A stretch of DNA of 60,564 nt, the filler included, from Bipalium vagum (taxonomy: Eukaryota): assembly GCA_037834085.1 (NCBI GenBank). It is 3 parts of 3 records of this genome, joined end to end, with 100 filler letters (N's around TTAATTAATTAA, not from the genome) between each part and the next. Parts side by side here need not be neighbours in the genome. Positions count along the whole stretch, not along the records: positions 38,806 to 60,564 come from JBBMKC010232393.1; 2 more parts are not named here. One strand, given 5' to 3'. This document shows, piece after piece, positions 38,806 to 52,100 of this stretch. Position numbers and translations under genes: made by a program. The number at the start of each line of letters is the position of its first letter. The first letter of the stretch is position 1. The notes below the pieces were generated by a model. The model made no database searches. It was not told the origin of the DNA and saw nothing but the letters and a program-made list of their open reading frames with translations.

Positions 38806-41303
38806 TATTACTATTACTATTATTATTATTATTATCATTATTATTAAGATAAAATAAATAAATAATAAGAGGATGAAATATTTTTGTGACTAAATTTACT
38901 GAGCAAACAATAATTTGAGAAGTCTAAACATCAAAGCATCATTAAAAATTACACATTAAAGAAAAATTATTGAAATTTGAAGCTTCTTTCTTGTTCACTG
39001 GGTTCAATTTGTTTTAATCATATAAATAAATAAATGAAAATAATTAAATAAGAGAACGACAGTGTTTTTTTTCTGTACAACATAATGGTTGAAAGAGATT
39101 AATTTAACTACATTCAAACAACAGACATTATTTTAAAAAAATATCAGAAAAATTGGGAAACCAAACGGAAATGGAAAAAACCAATGCTTCTTTCTGTTGA
39201 GACGAAATGAAAGAGACTTTCAAAAACTGACATTATATCTAATTATAAAATATTGTCGTAAAACAATTAAATATCGGTAAGATACGTACATATTTGTCAA
39301 ATATTTTCTTATAATATTGATGGAATATTATCGACGTTCATGGAAAACGATTTTCACATACTCCTCCATCAAAATTTAATTTCGCTTTCGAAGATTCAGA
39401 GTAATATTACGATTTCATCTTTTGCCCGATACAAATCCAAAAATGTCATGGAAAGATAAGTAGAAAATAATCCCAGTCTCGTTTTACGTTTCCCAATTCT
39501 GTCGAACATTAAAACCGTTTTCACTTGTGTCGAAATAACGGCAAAGAGTCGGAGTGGAATGGTTGGGGATTATTAAATCAGTTAATTATTTTAATTAACA
39601 CAATCTTAATCAATTTTTAAACACTTAATCTTCACATTTCATATTTTATAATTTTTTTATAATTATTGAAAAAAAATTTCGATTTATTTTTAATTAAAAA
39701 AAATCCGTTTAATTACTCAAAAATTAACTCGAATTTTTAACATATTTAAAAATGAAATTCTTTAAATTTATTATTATTATTATTATTATTAATAAAATAA
39801 AAATAACAAAAATATTTTTGCTGACATTAAAAACCATTTCATTAGTGTTTTTATTGATTAATCTCAGTCCATTGTCGTTTCAGTGCGCATTTGTATTTAT
39901 TTCTCATTGAGCAAATCATAAATACTTTATATTGTTTATTAAAAGTAATATTTAATTGTGGCAATGTTTCATTTAGTAAGACATTGTCCAGAAAAGAAGC
40001 AAGAATTACGATTATTAAACACTGTTTCAATTAGGCTTTGATTATTATATTCAACGGAGCGTTTCAGTCTATAAATATAAGGTTTAATTAAACTTTTCCA
40101 GACATGAAGTGGGAGACTCCAGATGGTTTTCCTGACATTAATAGATATAAATTATTCATATAATTACATTTAATTATCTCAGGTCACCAGAAATATGAGT
40201 TGTTTTAATTAATAAAATGTTTCAATATATATTATAATATATTATATTTTTATCACTGACATTATATTTATCATCAAAAGCAAAAAGTTATTATTAATTT
40301 AAACAACGCATAATTTGGAAAATGAAATTAAATAAATCTATTTATTTTTTAATAAATATAATTTTTTAGATAATAAATTATGAAAGATAATATTATTGAA
40401 ATGTTCTCTTCAATTATATACATGAATATTTTTTGTTGGATTTTAAAAGTTTTCACAAAGCTTCTGTTAATTCGTAAATACAGAGTGATAATAATAAAGA
40501 AAACAACAATATTAAAAATAACAAAATATAAATATGGAGACTTTTGTAACAATTTAATTACAGTAAATCGAATTTGTAAGCAATTTATTTATAAATAATA
40601 TATTAAATATAACGTTATTAAATTGCTTTTTAAAGGGAGACATTGAGAAAATATTTTTAAAACGATTTTATTCAGCAATTTTAAATAAATTTTAAATGAT
40701 TTATTTAATCGAAAAATTTAATGAAAAACCTTTTATTCCAGTTTTGTATAATTTTCCCGTTTGAATTTTATGGTAAAAATAAAACCCTTTTATAATCTGA
40801 GGTTCTTTTAATCATTATTAACAAACATTTTTACTAATATAAAAAGATATAAAATCAATATTTCCTCATAAAACAGAATATATCCCATTCATTCAATATC
40901 CCAAAGACACTTTCCTTGCTAAATAGTTATTCTTATCTCTTGACAATTTGTTATTAAATCAAAGAAAAGGTATCATGTCGCATCACACGATTTATGGATC
41001 AGAACGGTGGAGGCCATTCTAAAGTCGGACGGTATAAATAATCTTGTGATACATTAGCAACATATGGCAGACGGAAAAGGTCAATATTTCTTTTATTAAA
41101 GAGCTTTTCATCAAGACTTATTGATTTATTTTTAAAAGGTAAATTACGTTGAGAAATTTTCAGAAATACTATTTATTTATAATTTTGTAAAAAGAAATCT
41201 ACAAAGAGAATAAATTTGTTCGTCAGTTAAAATTGGCTAAAATTAACTTAATTGAAGCTGGACATTGTGATGAGAAGAAAATGGCAACACACACCTCAAA
41301 ATA

Positions 41304-41337
<34 letters not shown>

Positions 41338-42031
41338 GATTGTTATAAATTTATTATTTTCTTCAAATCAAACAATAAAGATTCAGAAGAAGTACTTCTG
41401 AACAACAAGTCATAAAAAGAAAGGCAAAGTTCTTTCCAAAAGATAGAAGTTCATTATTTTCTGTCTATGGAATTTATTTTCTAAAAAAAATTGAACATTT
41501 TGAACTAAATTATTACGGGAAAAAGTTGAGAAATATCCAATTCGTACTATGTCGTCGTTATAATATCACAATTTCACATTTAATTCTTATATTTAATTTA
41601 TAAGTCTTCAGATGAAAGGAAAATATGTCTGCAAAAATCAACTGAAAAGGTTAACAATTTTTGTCGAAATTCTTCAATTTCATGTTCAATGAATATCGCA
41701 GACAGCTTTAAAATATTTAATAATTTTTTTTATTAATTTCAATGTCGAACATAAAATTTTTTTTAATATTCATTAAAGTATTCAATTATTTTTTCAATAG
41801 AAAAAAGAATTTTCATTTAAATTTATTTTTAAAATCAATGATAATAATAATAATAATAATAATAATATGATAATAAATCGTGGTCCACTGATATTGGATT
41901 GAGTCAATATATCGGAATTAAAGTAAAAAAATTGGGAAAAATAAATAAAAATATTTATATATCCTCTCATTTATCTTTGATATTAAAAAATTAAGCATTA
42001 GTGATAAACCAAATTGAATTTCCTAAAAAAT

Positions 42032-42766
42032 AAACAAGGTGTCCAACAATTTCTTGGACTGGAGCTAAAAAAATACACTGAATATAAAGCATTTATTTTT
42101 TTAATATTTTTCAAAATAGTCTCGTCCAACATATACCCGTTTGAGACATCGCTTCTCTCACGAAGGAAAACATTTTTATATTCACTTTTGGAAATAGGCA
42201 ATAACTCTGACTTCAATTTTTCTATAATGTCATTTCTGATAACAAATCTTCTTCCTTTAAGTATCATCTTTAACTTTGTGAAAAGGTAAGTCGCAAGGAG
42301 TCATATCTGGAGAGTAAGATGTCTGTGGAAGAATTTGTGTATTATTTTTTGTCAAAATGTTAAGATTGAATGTGCAAAATAAGGACAAGCATTATCATAA
42401 AGTAGGATCATATGTTAGTGATGTACAGCCATTTTTTTAAATAAAGAAAACCACTCAAATATGCTTGTTCTCTTATGTTAGAGTTGCTAATAACCATAAC
42501 CAGCATTTTATGAATTTCAGTTGCCGTTTAGCCTAATTTAAAGAAAAATTTTATGCAAATTCGTTGCTCTAAATTTTCATCCATCCTAAAAATAGAAGAA
42601 TATGTATGACTAATACGTCTTAAAATTAGTGATCGCCTGAACTTCCATTTAAAATAGATGTATATCTAAATATATATTTTATTAGTTAAAAAAAGAATTT
42701 CAATATTTTTACTATTTAATTAGTTTATGTTGCCCCAGTCCGGGAATTTATTGGACACAACCTTTA
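42032..42766 (-). mobile_element. Internally deleted mariner relic
   Basis: Imperfect TIRs ggtgtccaacaatttcttggactggagc / gccccagtccgggaatttattggacac; YSPDMTPCDLPFHKVKDD/LKGRRF remnant. Confidence 0.75.
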
Positions 42767-43179
42767 TATATTTTTTAATACTTAATATTCGCGAATATTA
42801 GAAACATTTAAATAAAATAACTTCAGAAATTTTAATTATTAATTAAAATTTTGATTTTATTTAAACAAAATTAAGAATTAATGTTGAGAAAATAGAGCAA
42901 TTAAAATAATTAAGTTGATTTCGTTTTCCTAATTTACTGTTTTCTAGTCCACAAAATTGTTATTTAAATAAAAACTTTCTTTTATTATTAATTTTATAAC
43001 TTATTATGTGAATTTTTTGTCAATTAATCTATTCGGCCATATTTTTCTTATCTACCAGTGAATTTTAATATTATTAAAAATTATTTAAAATAAATGTACA
43101 CAGAATTCATCGATCCTTGTAAGACAAAATTCTCGTAATTAATATAAAATCTCTCTGAATTATATGAGAGCAGACATAC

Positions 43180-46100
43180 CTGTCGTAGACATTTAACAAC
43201 CAGTTCAAGCCCAAATCAACACAAAGAGGAACATTGATTTCTACATCCCCATTAGCCAAGACAATTCGCGTACTTGGGATGTTTGTCAAACCAGAACATT
43301 TCATGAGAGCGATTTTGGAAGATATAGATTTTGAAGGGGATTTTATACAGCTTTGTTTGGATATCATTTCATCTTTTTCATTATCATTTCTAAATCCACC
43401 AAAGCTGTTGCTCCTAGTATGGTGAGATTTGTCCTTTGATCGTGAATGTCGAATACTACTACCTCTGGCGCAACCTAAAATGGAATGAGGCGATTTGTCA
43501 AGTTCTTCGTGGGAAATAAGATTTGTTGATCCCTTATTTTTCGACAGCTTCAGATTTGCGGCTCTATACAATGATGCCAGAAAAACAATGATTTGGCCGA
43601 TATCTAACAGTCTCTCGTTCACCGACGTATTGTGCACTCCACAAAGTCGAAAGGTTTCCGTAACGAGATTCATATCAATAACATCCACTGGAAAATAAAA
43701 ACGAAAATAAAATCCCATAATTTGATTGCAGTCTAAAAAGGCAAATTTATCAAACACTTACAACACAAAACTTTTTGAAGAGCTCTCAATTTCATGGCTG
43801 TTCGATAAGCGGAAAACCTTATCGTATTTAATTCATCGAATGACTTAATCAAATCGGCCATGATTGGATGATCCCATTGAGTATCTTGAGTTGAATGGCT
43901 AATTAAAACGATCAAAGCACCGAGCTGGTTAAAGTGAATCTGCCTACTTTTTATAATAAGGCACTTCGGATCCAGAAGGATGCAAGCAACGTTCCCAAGG
44001 ATATGAAACCGATTCTTAAGTTTGGTCAAAGTCATCAACAACAAACAACAAGTCTTTATAATTACCATTTTCCAATTCAACAAATTTCCGATTTTCAGAC
44101 AAATCCGTCGGTAATTCGATTTTTCTCGGTATAGAATTTGAAGCTTGGGCGGGAAAGTCTTGAAACATGGAAATCTCCTCATGGTTTGGTATTTGCTTTT
44201 TCGCTACCTGCTCCTGTTGATGCAATTGTTTGATTCTCATTTCGCAAAGTGATTTTATGTACGATATTCTGGAAAATGTATTTGACAATTTTTTCAACAG
44301 AAATATTATTTCTATTATTTTACCGGGAATTAATCTTTTCAAATTCTTTCAGAATCTCTTCGTTAATGGGAATGTTAAGACTCTCCAATTGACTTTTCTG
44401 AATTTCCATCGTTGTCATTTTTTCAATAAGGGGTTGAGTGGATTGGAGAAAACTCTTAAATATTTGTCAATATTTTTCTCATAGAAAATGTATTCACTTT
44501 TGTCTGGGAGATTTCTTGTGGAATCAAACCAATTTTAATATTTGGTACATTGATCCAGTTATCAATATGAAATTCTAATTCCGACAAAATCTGATTGATT
44601 TCTTTCATTTGAGTATCAATTGACTTCAGCAGCTGTTATCAAAATGCTTCAATTACAAAATCTAATGGCAACCATAATCCATACAACAGTCTTCTTCTTC
44701 AAATATTCATGGAAGTCCCTCATTTTCAAGTTCAGTTCGATCCATTTCCTTTTCATATAATGAGAATGTCTTCGCAGCCTTCGTTGGAGTCTTTTGTTTT
44801 TGTCATCTGTTATGTTTCCATTGGATCCCAAATCTGAATTTTCAGATTCACCTATAATGATATATACCTTCCAATGATAATTTATTCAATAATAATATAT
44901 TTTGTTTGTGGTCAGTTGATCAAAGTTATTAAAATGATGGCAATAATAGGAAGTACAACAATGAAAAATCGGTTCCACTTAGAACTGAATAATTTTGTTA
45001 TCGTGCAGGAAATGATTTATATCAGTTACGACAAAACAATCGATCAAGTGTTATAAAAGATAATGAATTTTATACAAATATATAATATTTGAAATATAAA
45101 TAAAGTTAGGTAATAATTACGATGAAAGTCCGTTTTTTTTTTCAGTATGTCTCATTTTGTCAAAATGTAATTGTTAATAAAATATAATCGATAAATTTTA
45201 TTATTAATTAAGCTGAGATTTAAGAAAATGGGCAAGGACCTTCATTGAGACAGACTTATACAGTAATTTGAGTATGGTTTATTTTTAGAATCTTGAAGAT
45301 ATCAAATTTATAAAACATATTATATTATATTATTATTATTATTATTATTTATGCATTAACAAATGAATAAAATCAATTAATGTTCTTCGTTGGAAAAGCC
45401 TAAAAATTCTGAATTCCAATAGATATTGGAAATGAACCTGATTATTCGGAAAAGGTTGGATATTGGAAGATAAGATCTGAAACTGGGAAAATTAATAAAC
45501 ATTTCTGAAATTTATAAAAGTAAACAATTTTTATGAGCGTATTTAGGACAGATCATAAAGAGCATTAAATTGATTTGCTCAAAAATTCCATAAATTACAG
45601 AATTTTTGTGGAGGGGATATGCATAAAGCAGATTAAAAATAATCAAATTCTAAAGACCAGTACGATCAACCACATAGATCTTAAAGATCTTTTGTAATTA
45701 ATATTACTACAGAAATGTTGAAAAGAGATACATCTCCAACGTATTTAATTCACTTTTAATCTGGATATTTAATAAAACTCAATTTTCACATAATATAGGT
45801 GAGTTTGTATCGAGAGTTTATATGCCTTTATATTGTAAGATCACATTAAATGTAACAGGAAATTAATTAAAAGAAACCTTCCGATTCCAAATTGGCCACA
45901 TGGGACTGCTCTATCAACTTATTAGTATCAATAGTTTCTCCGATTTGATTCTGGGCCTGTTCAATGACATTTTCGATCTCTGTTCGATGAGACTCAATGT
46001 CGAAAATGAAAGTTTCGAATTTTAAAAGCTTTTCGTTGGCCGTATTGAAAGTGTCAACCGTATTTCCCTTTTGTTCCAACATCTCTGCTTCTTTATGGGC

Positions 46101-49100
46101 CAGCCAGTCGTTGAGTAATCTCATTTTGGTCAGCAGAGTTTGTCCACTTTCCATTGTCGTTTCCAAACATTGTCTGAAGAAAAGGAAATTTGATCCACAT
46201 CAAACAAGACCAAACGATTGACAAACCTCATATCATTAATTTTGTCATTGAACGTTTTCCACCTCTTAGATATTTCGTACTCAGAATTAGTATCTTCCGA
46301 CTCTGAGCATAACTGAAATTGGTTTTTGTATACCCCTGCATCATTTTGCAAATCCTGGTGATAATTTTTTATAATTAAGAACGATACATAAAATATAAAT
46401 TGAATGATAATAACCAGTTTTTCGATATTACATAAATTTTAGCTTTAAAGAAAAAATTAATTTGATATAAAAAAGGAGAAAATAATTAAGTGAAGATGAT
46501 CTTACAATACTTTATGGATCTTCTCTTGTTTTTAAGAATTCTTAAGATTTTTTTGAATAGTGTTAAATTCATTTTAGGAAATGATGATGTACCATACCAA
46601 GGTATACGAGGCTCCATTAATTGGGAGTCTGTTTACATTTTCAAATTAAAATTCATTTTTAAACCTGTTTTCAATTTTTGTTAAAAGAAAAAAAATTGGT
46701 ATTTAATTTAAAAATAAATAAAAATAAATAATAATAAATAATAGTGATAATAAACAAATTCTACATAACCTTCAATCGATTTTTGAATAATAAATAATTT
46801 GAGTGGAATATAAAAGATGAGACAAACATCGTTTTTTAAGGCTTAATTTACTCTTCAAAAATATGAAAACGTTATTGGCAAAATGTTATTTATAGAAAAT
46901 TATCTATATATTAAATATATAAAATATAAAATATAAAATTTGATTATTTTATTGATATAGTTCTGAATATTTCAGAACCCCGTGCTAATAATATATAGAA
47001 AGGAAAACTCTATATATTGGCACTAATAACAATTTTCTTCAACAAACATAATTTAAATTTGTATTTATAAAAGCCATTGGAAGGAGGAATGATTTTCAAA
47101 ATTGGTAAAAAAAATAAAAATTTTCACAAATCAATTTTTCAAAAAATTCAACATAAATAAATAAATATAAAAATCAAATCCAATATCAAGTTCGCACGAA
47201 AGTCGTACAAACCTTCCCCGTATAAGTGATCATCGATCATGGTTATCTAATGGAATAAAAGGAAATGAAACGATAATTTTCTATTTTTAATGGAGATAAA
47301 GCGAAAAGATTAAAAATTCCCTGGATATTTAATTAAAATCGAAAATATCTATTTAGGCTCTTAGCTGCTTCATAATTCTTAAGGCAAGAGTTTCATTTCT
47401 TTTTACAGCGAAATTAATTGAAAAGTTATAGTTGATATTGCTTTAATGAAAATGAAAGTTATCTACAGATTGGAAGAACCCATTCATTTTTATTCAGAAA
47501 ATGAAAGGTTAGGTACTGGATCATCGACAATGATCACGAGATCGTCAGCATAGGTGAGGCAGTGTAATTGCGATTCCCCGTGAATTCTATCAATTTCGGT
47601 GAGCACAGTGTTGATTGCTAAATTGACTATCAACATGGAAAGAGGACTCCACGGTTGATTAGTATTTCGCTTGTGGTGGATTCGTTACATTTGATTCTGG
47701 TTGCGCAATTCTTGTACACGTTTCCAATAAGATTTACACTTCTTTCGCCTACTCCAGTTCTGGATAATATATCGAGCACAGTTTTGATCGGAATACTACC
47801 GAAGGCATCCGTGAGGTCGAGGAAACTAACCGACAGATAGGATTTCTTTAATTTCGATTGTTCAATAAGAATATTCAGCACATAATTGTGCTCCTAGCAG
47901 CCTTCGAATGACACCATACTTTTCTCTTTTTTGTGAACTATTCTGTTGTCTGTAATTCATGATTCTAGTTGTCGGCATAGCATTGCAGTAAATAGTTTGT
48001 ACGTAGTGTTCAGGAGGGCAATTGAGGTCATTATAATCTTATTTCTCTTATCTCTCAATTTATTAGACTACCGCTAATACCAATTTTCTTCACACCAATA
48101 CATTCACGTATTTTGAGACACCCTTGATGAATCTGTCAAGGTTATTGCCTTCTCTGAGAATTGCAGAAGATCATTCATCTCACCTTTCATCAATGTCAGC
48201 TGCAGTTTTGGTAAATCTTCCTTAAAGAATTTGGTAAAGATTCCTTAAGAACTTTTATTTGTATTTGTTGCCAAATGCACCTCCTGATTTTCTGATATTT
48301 AAACAAACCTGGTTTCTCTGAAACATTTACCCTCGGACTTTTAGATATTTTATTACATTCTTTTTTTAATTTGACTTTCATCTTGAACAAGTGAACATTC
48401 AATAAATATTTAGGAAATATTTTGACTGATTTCCAAACAACTATGATAATGGTACTGAGAAATTTCTTTAGTTACTCGGATAAAGTCTTCGAGTCTATAT
48501 TTTAGGTCAACATTTATAATTCTCACATTGTACCAAATAATTAATTTCACAACAATTTATTTTAATTCATATTTAATCGAAAAATTTCAAAAATTGTGAA
48601 AGGAACACCAGGTTGAAACATTTCAAAAACTTTACGAGGAGGAATTAACGGTAATAGCTATAAGCAATTTCCTCACCCGAAAAATCAGTGTAAATTTTAC
48701 GGTATTATTTCCATAGTCCTGCCTAGCGTTATAACCTTAATCGTTATAGCCAGGTTCTACTGTAAATATTGAAATGTCATAGTAATCAGGACATTTTTGT
48801 GAGTCTGGTATGGAATTTTTACAAAATAAAATAAGGTTTACCACAACATTTACAATTTCTTAAGTAGTCACTTTTATATCAATTCTTCATCACAGTCATT
48901 TAGATTTTGGCCCTCATCACGCATCTTTCGGATTTTGTGCATTATTATTAACAATGTCGTTTTCAGAATGATTCATCGATAGCTTTCTTACATTTCGCTG
49001 AAAGTTCCACTGAGTTTAATATACATCTTATAATTTGATATGCAGATTTCTGCAGCTGGAATACTATTTCGATGGATTGATTGATATTAGTCAACAATGG

Positions 49101-52100
49101 AGTTGGACTGGTGCTGATAAGATGAACTGAGTTCACACTCGACTGTTAAATCCAAATTTCTTTCTCAATATGTTAGGATACTCTTGTGCATGCCAAATAT
49201 ATAAATCTCATTGTTCATTATTATCTCGAAGATTAATTGATCATCAAGTTTTGATAGACTCACTAGATTGTTAAAACGGTCAATAATGACAACCATGTAT
49301 TTGTATTGTGCCGCTGCTTTTATCACAAAGGCTACATTTACCACGATCTGGTCTAAGAAATATGAACTTCCTCGTGGGATAAAAATTTCTTTGGAACTTG
49401 TTAGATCAATTTTTTTAATATCTAAGCTATCTTTCAAATGATAGAAACGGTTATTCTTTAACTCTTCAGGGTATTCCATTCTTCCTTCTGAAAGACATTT
49501 TTATAAATCCATATTTTGGCCTTTTTTTTATAACTTTTTTGACGAATCTAGATATATTATTTGGTTGTTCAATAGGTTAGTGCGTTTTTATCGCTCAGCT
49601 TAGGCTCATTTATTTAATATAACAAAATCAGCATTAATCGATTATATATTCCCCATTTCGATCAATCATTTTCTGCCATCTCTGTTGTATCTTCATTATT
49701 CCTCTCAAATAGAACTCCATATTTTTCTCTGCAAAGAACCTCTCAGAGTGATGTTTAATAAGGCCAACATTATTCAAAGCTTTACCAATCAATGAGTTTT
49801 GCAGAGTGCGAAACAAATGGAAATCGTAGGTCGAAAGGTGTGGACTATGATAGGGTGGATGTGGCAAAACATCTCACCCAAGCTCGAGCAATTTTTGGTG
49901 AGTGATCAAACTCATATACTGCCTTACGTTATCGTGATAAAAGACCACTCTATTTCGATTGACCAGCTCAGGTCGTTTCTGATCGATTAAATCGCTCAAT
50001 ATCTGTAGCTACCCAAAGTAGATTTCAGAATTCATAGTTTTTGTTGTAGTTTTTTTTTGGAGTTTTTAATTAAATTAAGATAAATTAATTTTATAAAATA
50101 AATAATTCGAAAATAAAATAAAAAGACTGGTGGATTTATTAAAAATAATGAAAATAAAAAATTCTAAAAGGATGAATAGTTTAATAATAATTAAACAATT
50201 AATAAAATTAATATTAACTCATATTGCCTTTAGTATTGGTAAAAGTACTTGAACTAAGATTTCCAGTAGCACTATAAGAAATTTAATAATAAAAAAAAAT
50301 AATAATAATAATAATTATTATTATTATAGTAAAGTAATTATAGAAGTTAGTGTTAGAGGTTAGGATAGAAAACTAATTATCTATTAGACAAAGAATGTCT
50401 AAGCTTACATTTAGTTGATTTATCAGCTTGAATCTCAGTTTATCTGTATTTCCGGTTGCTATAACGCCACTACCATTTCGCCATCTAATGAGCTCAATTT
50501 CAATTGTTTCTAGCTGGCCTTCCAGACTGGACAGCCACCCAGAAAGCTTTTCTATGCTGATACCATTACTGTCGTCATTAGCGCTAGATGAGATCATTTC
50601 CGCTGTGAATTCAACGACATGATTTGTTTGATCTTGAGGAACCCGTATCGAATTCAGTTCTCGGGTACACTGAGCCAACCTGCAGGGCAAATGAATCAAT
50701 AAATTCTTTTCAACTTGACAAATGAAAAATTAAATGAGCAAATTTTCGTCCATTTATTATTAAAACTCCAGAACATAATTAAACATTACAAACGAGATAA
50801 TATCGAAAGTTTTAATCTGAATTATTATTAATATTATAATATATTATTATTTAATATTATTATAATTATTTATTTTTAATATTTTTGTTCATGTGATTGA
50901 TACTATTAAATAATTTATTTTTAATTTTTACATTCTGTTTGAAAAGAAGAAGGTACCTGAAAATGGTAAAATCTCTTATACTTATTAGAACAGCTGAAAA
51001 TATGTACTTCTAGGAAAAATCCTTTACAAAAGTTAGTACCACAACAAAAAATTAAAAAAATAATTAAAAAAAACAATATTGAAAGCATTATTTTCTAATT
51101 TATGTAGAAATGCTAGACTGATTAAAACAATTTTCTCATTTTCTACCTAAGATTAATATGGAATTTTTATTTAGATGAAAGTAAAGTTCAGATTCTTTGG
51201 CATGAAATACAATTTTATTTTTAAACACTTAAAAAATTGAAAAATATTGTTTTTTTTCATTTTAAAGGATAAGAGAAAAAATTAGAAAAATGAGAAAAAT
51301 ATTTTTAAAATATTACATGAAAAATATAAATAAATAAATCGAGTATCGATTAAAATTAATATTTTTAGAATTTTCAATATTTTAAAAATAATTTCCCATA
51401 AATAATAAATGCGACTTGATTAAGTTGAAAGTAAAGACATGTATAAAACGTTTTTCCTTACTCGAGTTTAGAACAGTATGAGGAAATTAAGACTCAAAAT
51501 CCCATAGAAATAATCTTGACAATTTTCCATAATATAATATCAAATAAACAGAAAATAAAAATGCATAACTATTCCTACAAAACTTACAACTCACAAACTA
51601 TCAATATTTATGTAACATCAAAGACATAATATTTTTTTTAATAAAATCTTTTTTTAATAATTTATTCATATGTATTAAACATGTTTTTAATAGAATTTTT
51701 TTTCAATTATTATTCTTCTGAACGGAAAGATCTTTCTTTATTAAAAAAAAAAGATTAGAATCAATTTGATATATACACTAGTTATCAATGATTAAAGCAG
51801 TATTGTTNNNNNNNNNNNNNNNNNNNNNNNNNNNNNNNNNNNNNNNNNNNNNNNNNNNNNNNNNNNNNNNNNNNNNNNNNNNNNNNNNNNNNNNNNNNNN
51901 NNNNNNNNNNNNNNNNNNNNNNNNNNNNNNNNNNNNNNNNNNNNNNNNNTAATATAAAAAATAATATAATAATTAATAATAATAATCATTATGATATTAA
52001 TAATTAATAATAATAAAAATAATAATAATTGATTAATAATATAAGATTCTTAAAAGAATTTAATTTTTGATGCTAATGCAACAATGATATGAACGCTAGC

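Noticed and set aside
40349-40598. Hydrophobic I/F/K/N-rich ORFs (also 28579-28815, 36507-36767, 52050-52274)
   Set aside because: Composition expected from random frames in very AT-rich DNA.
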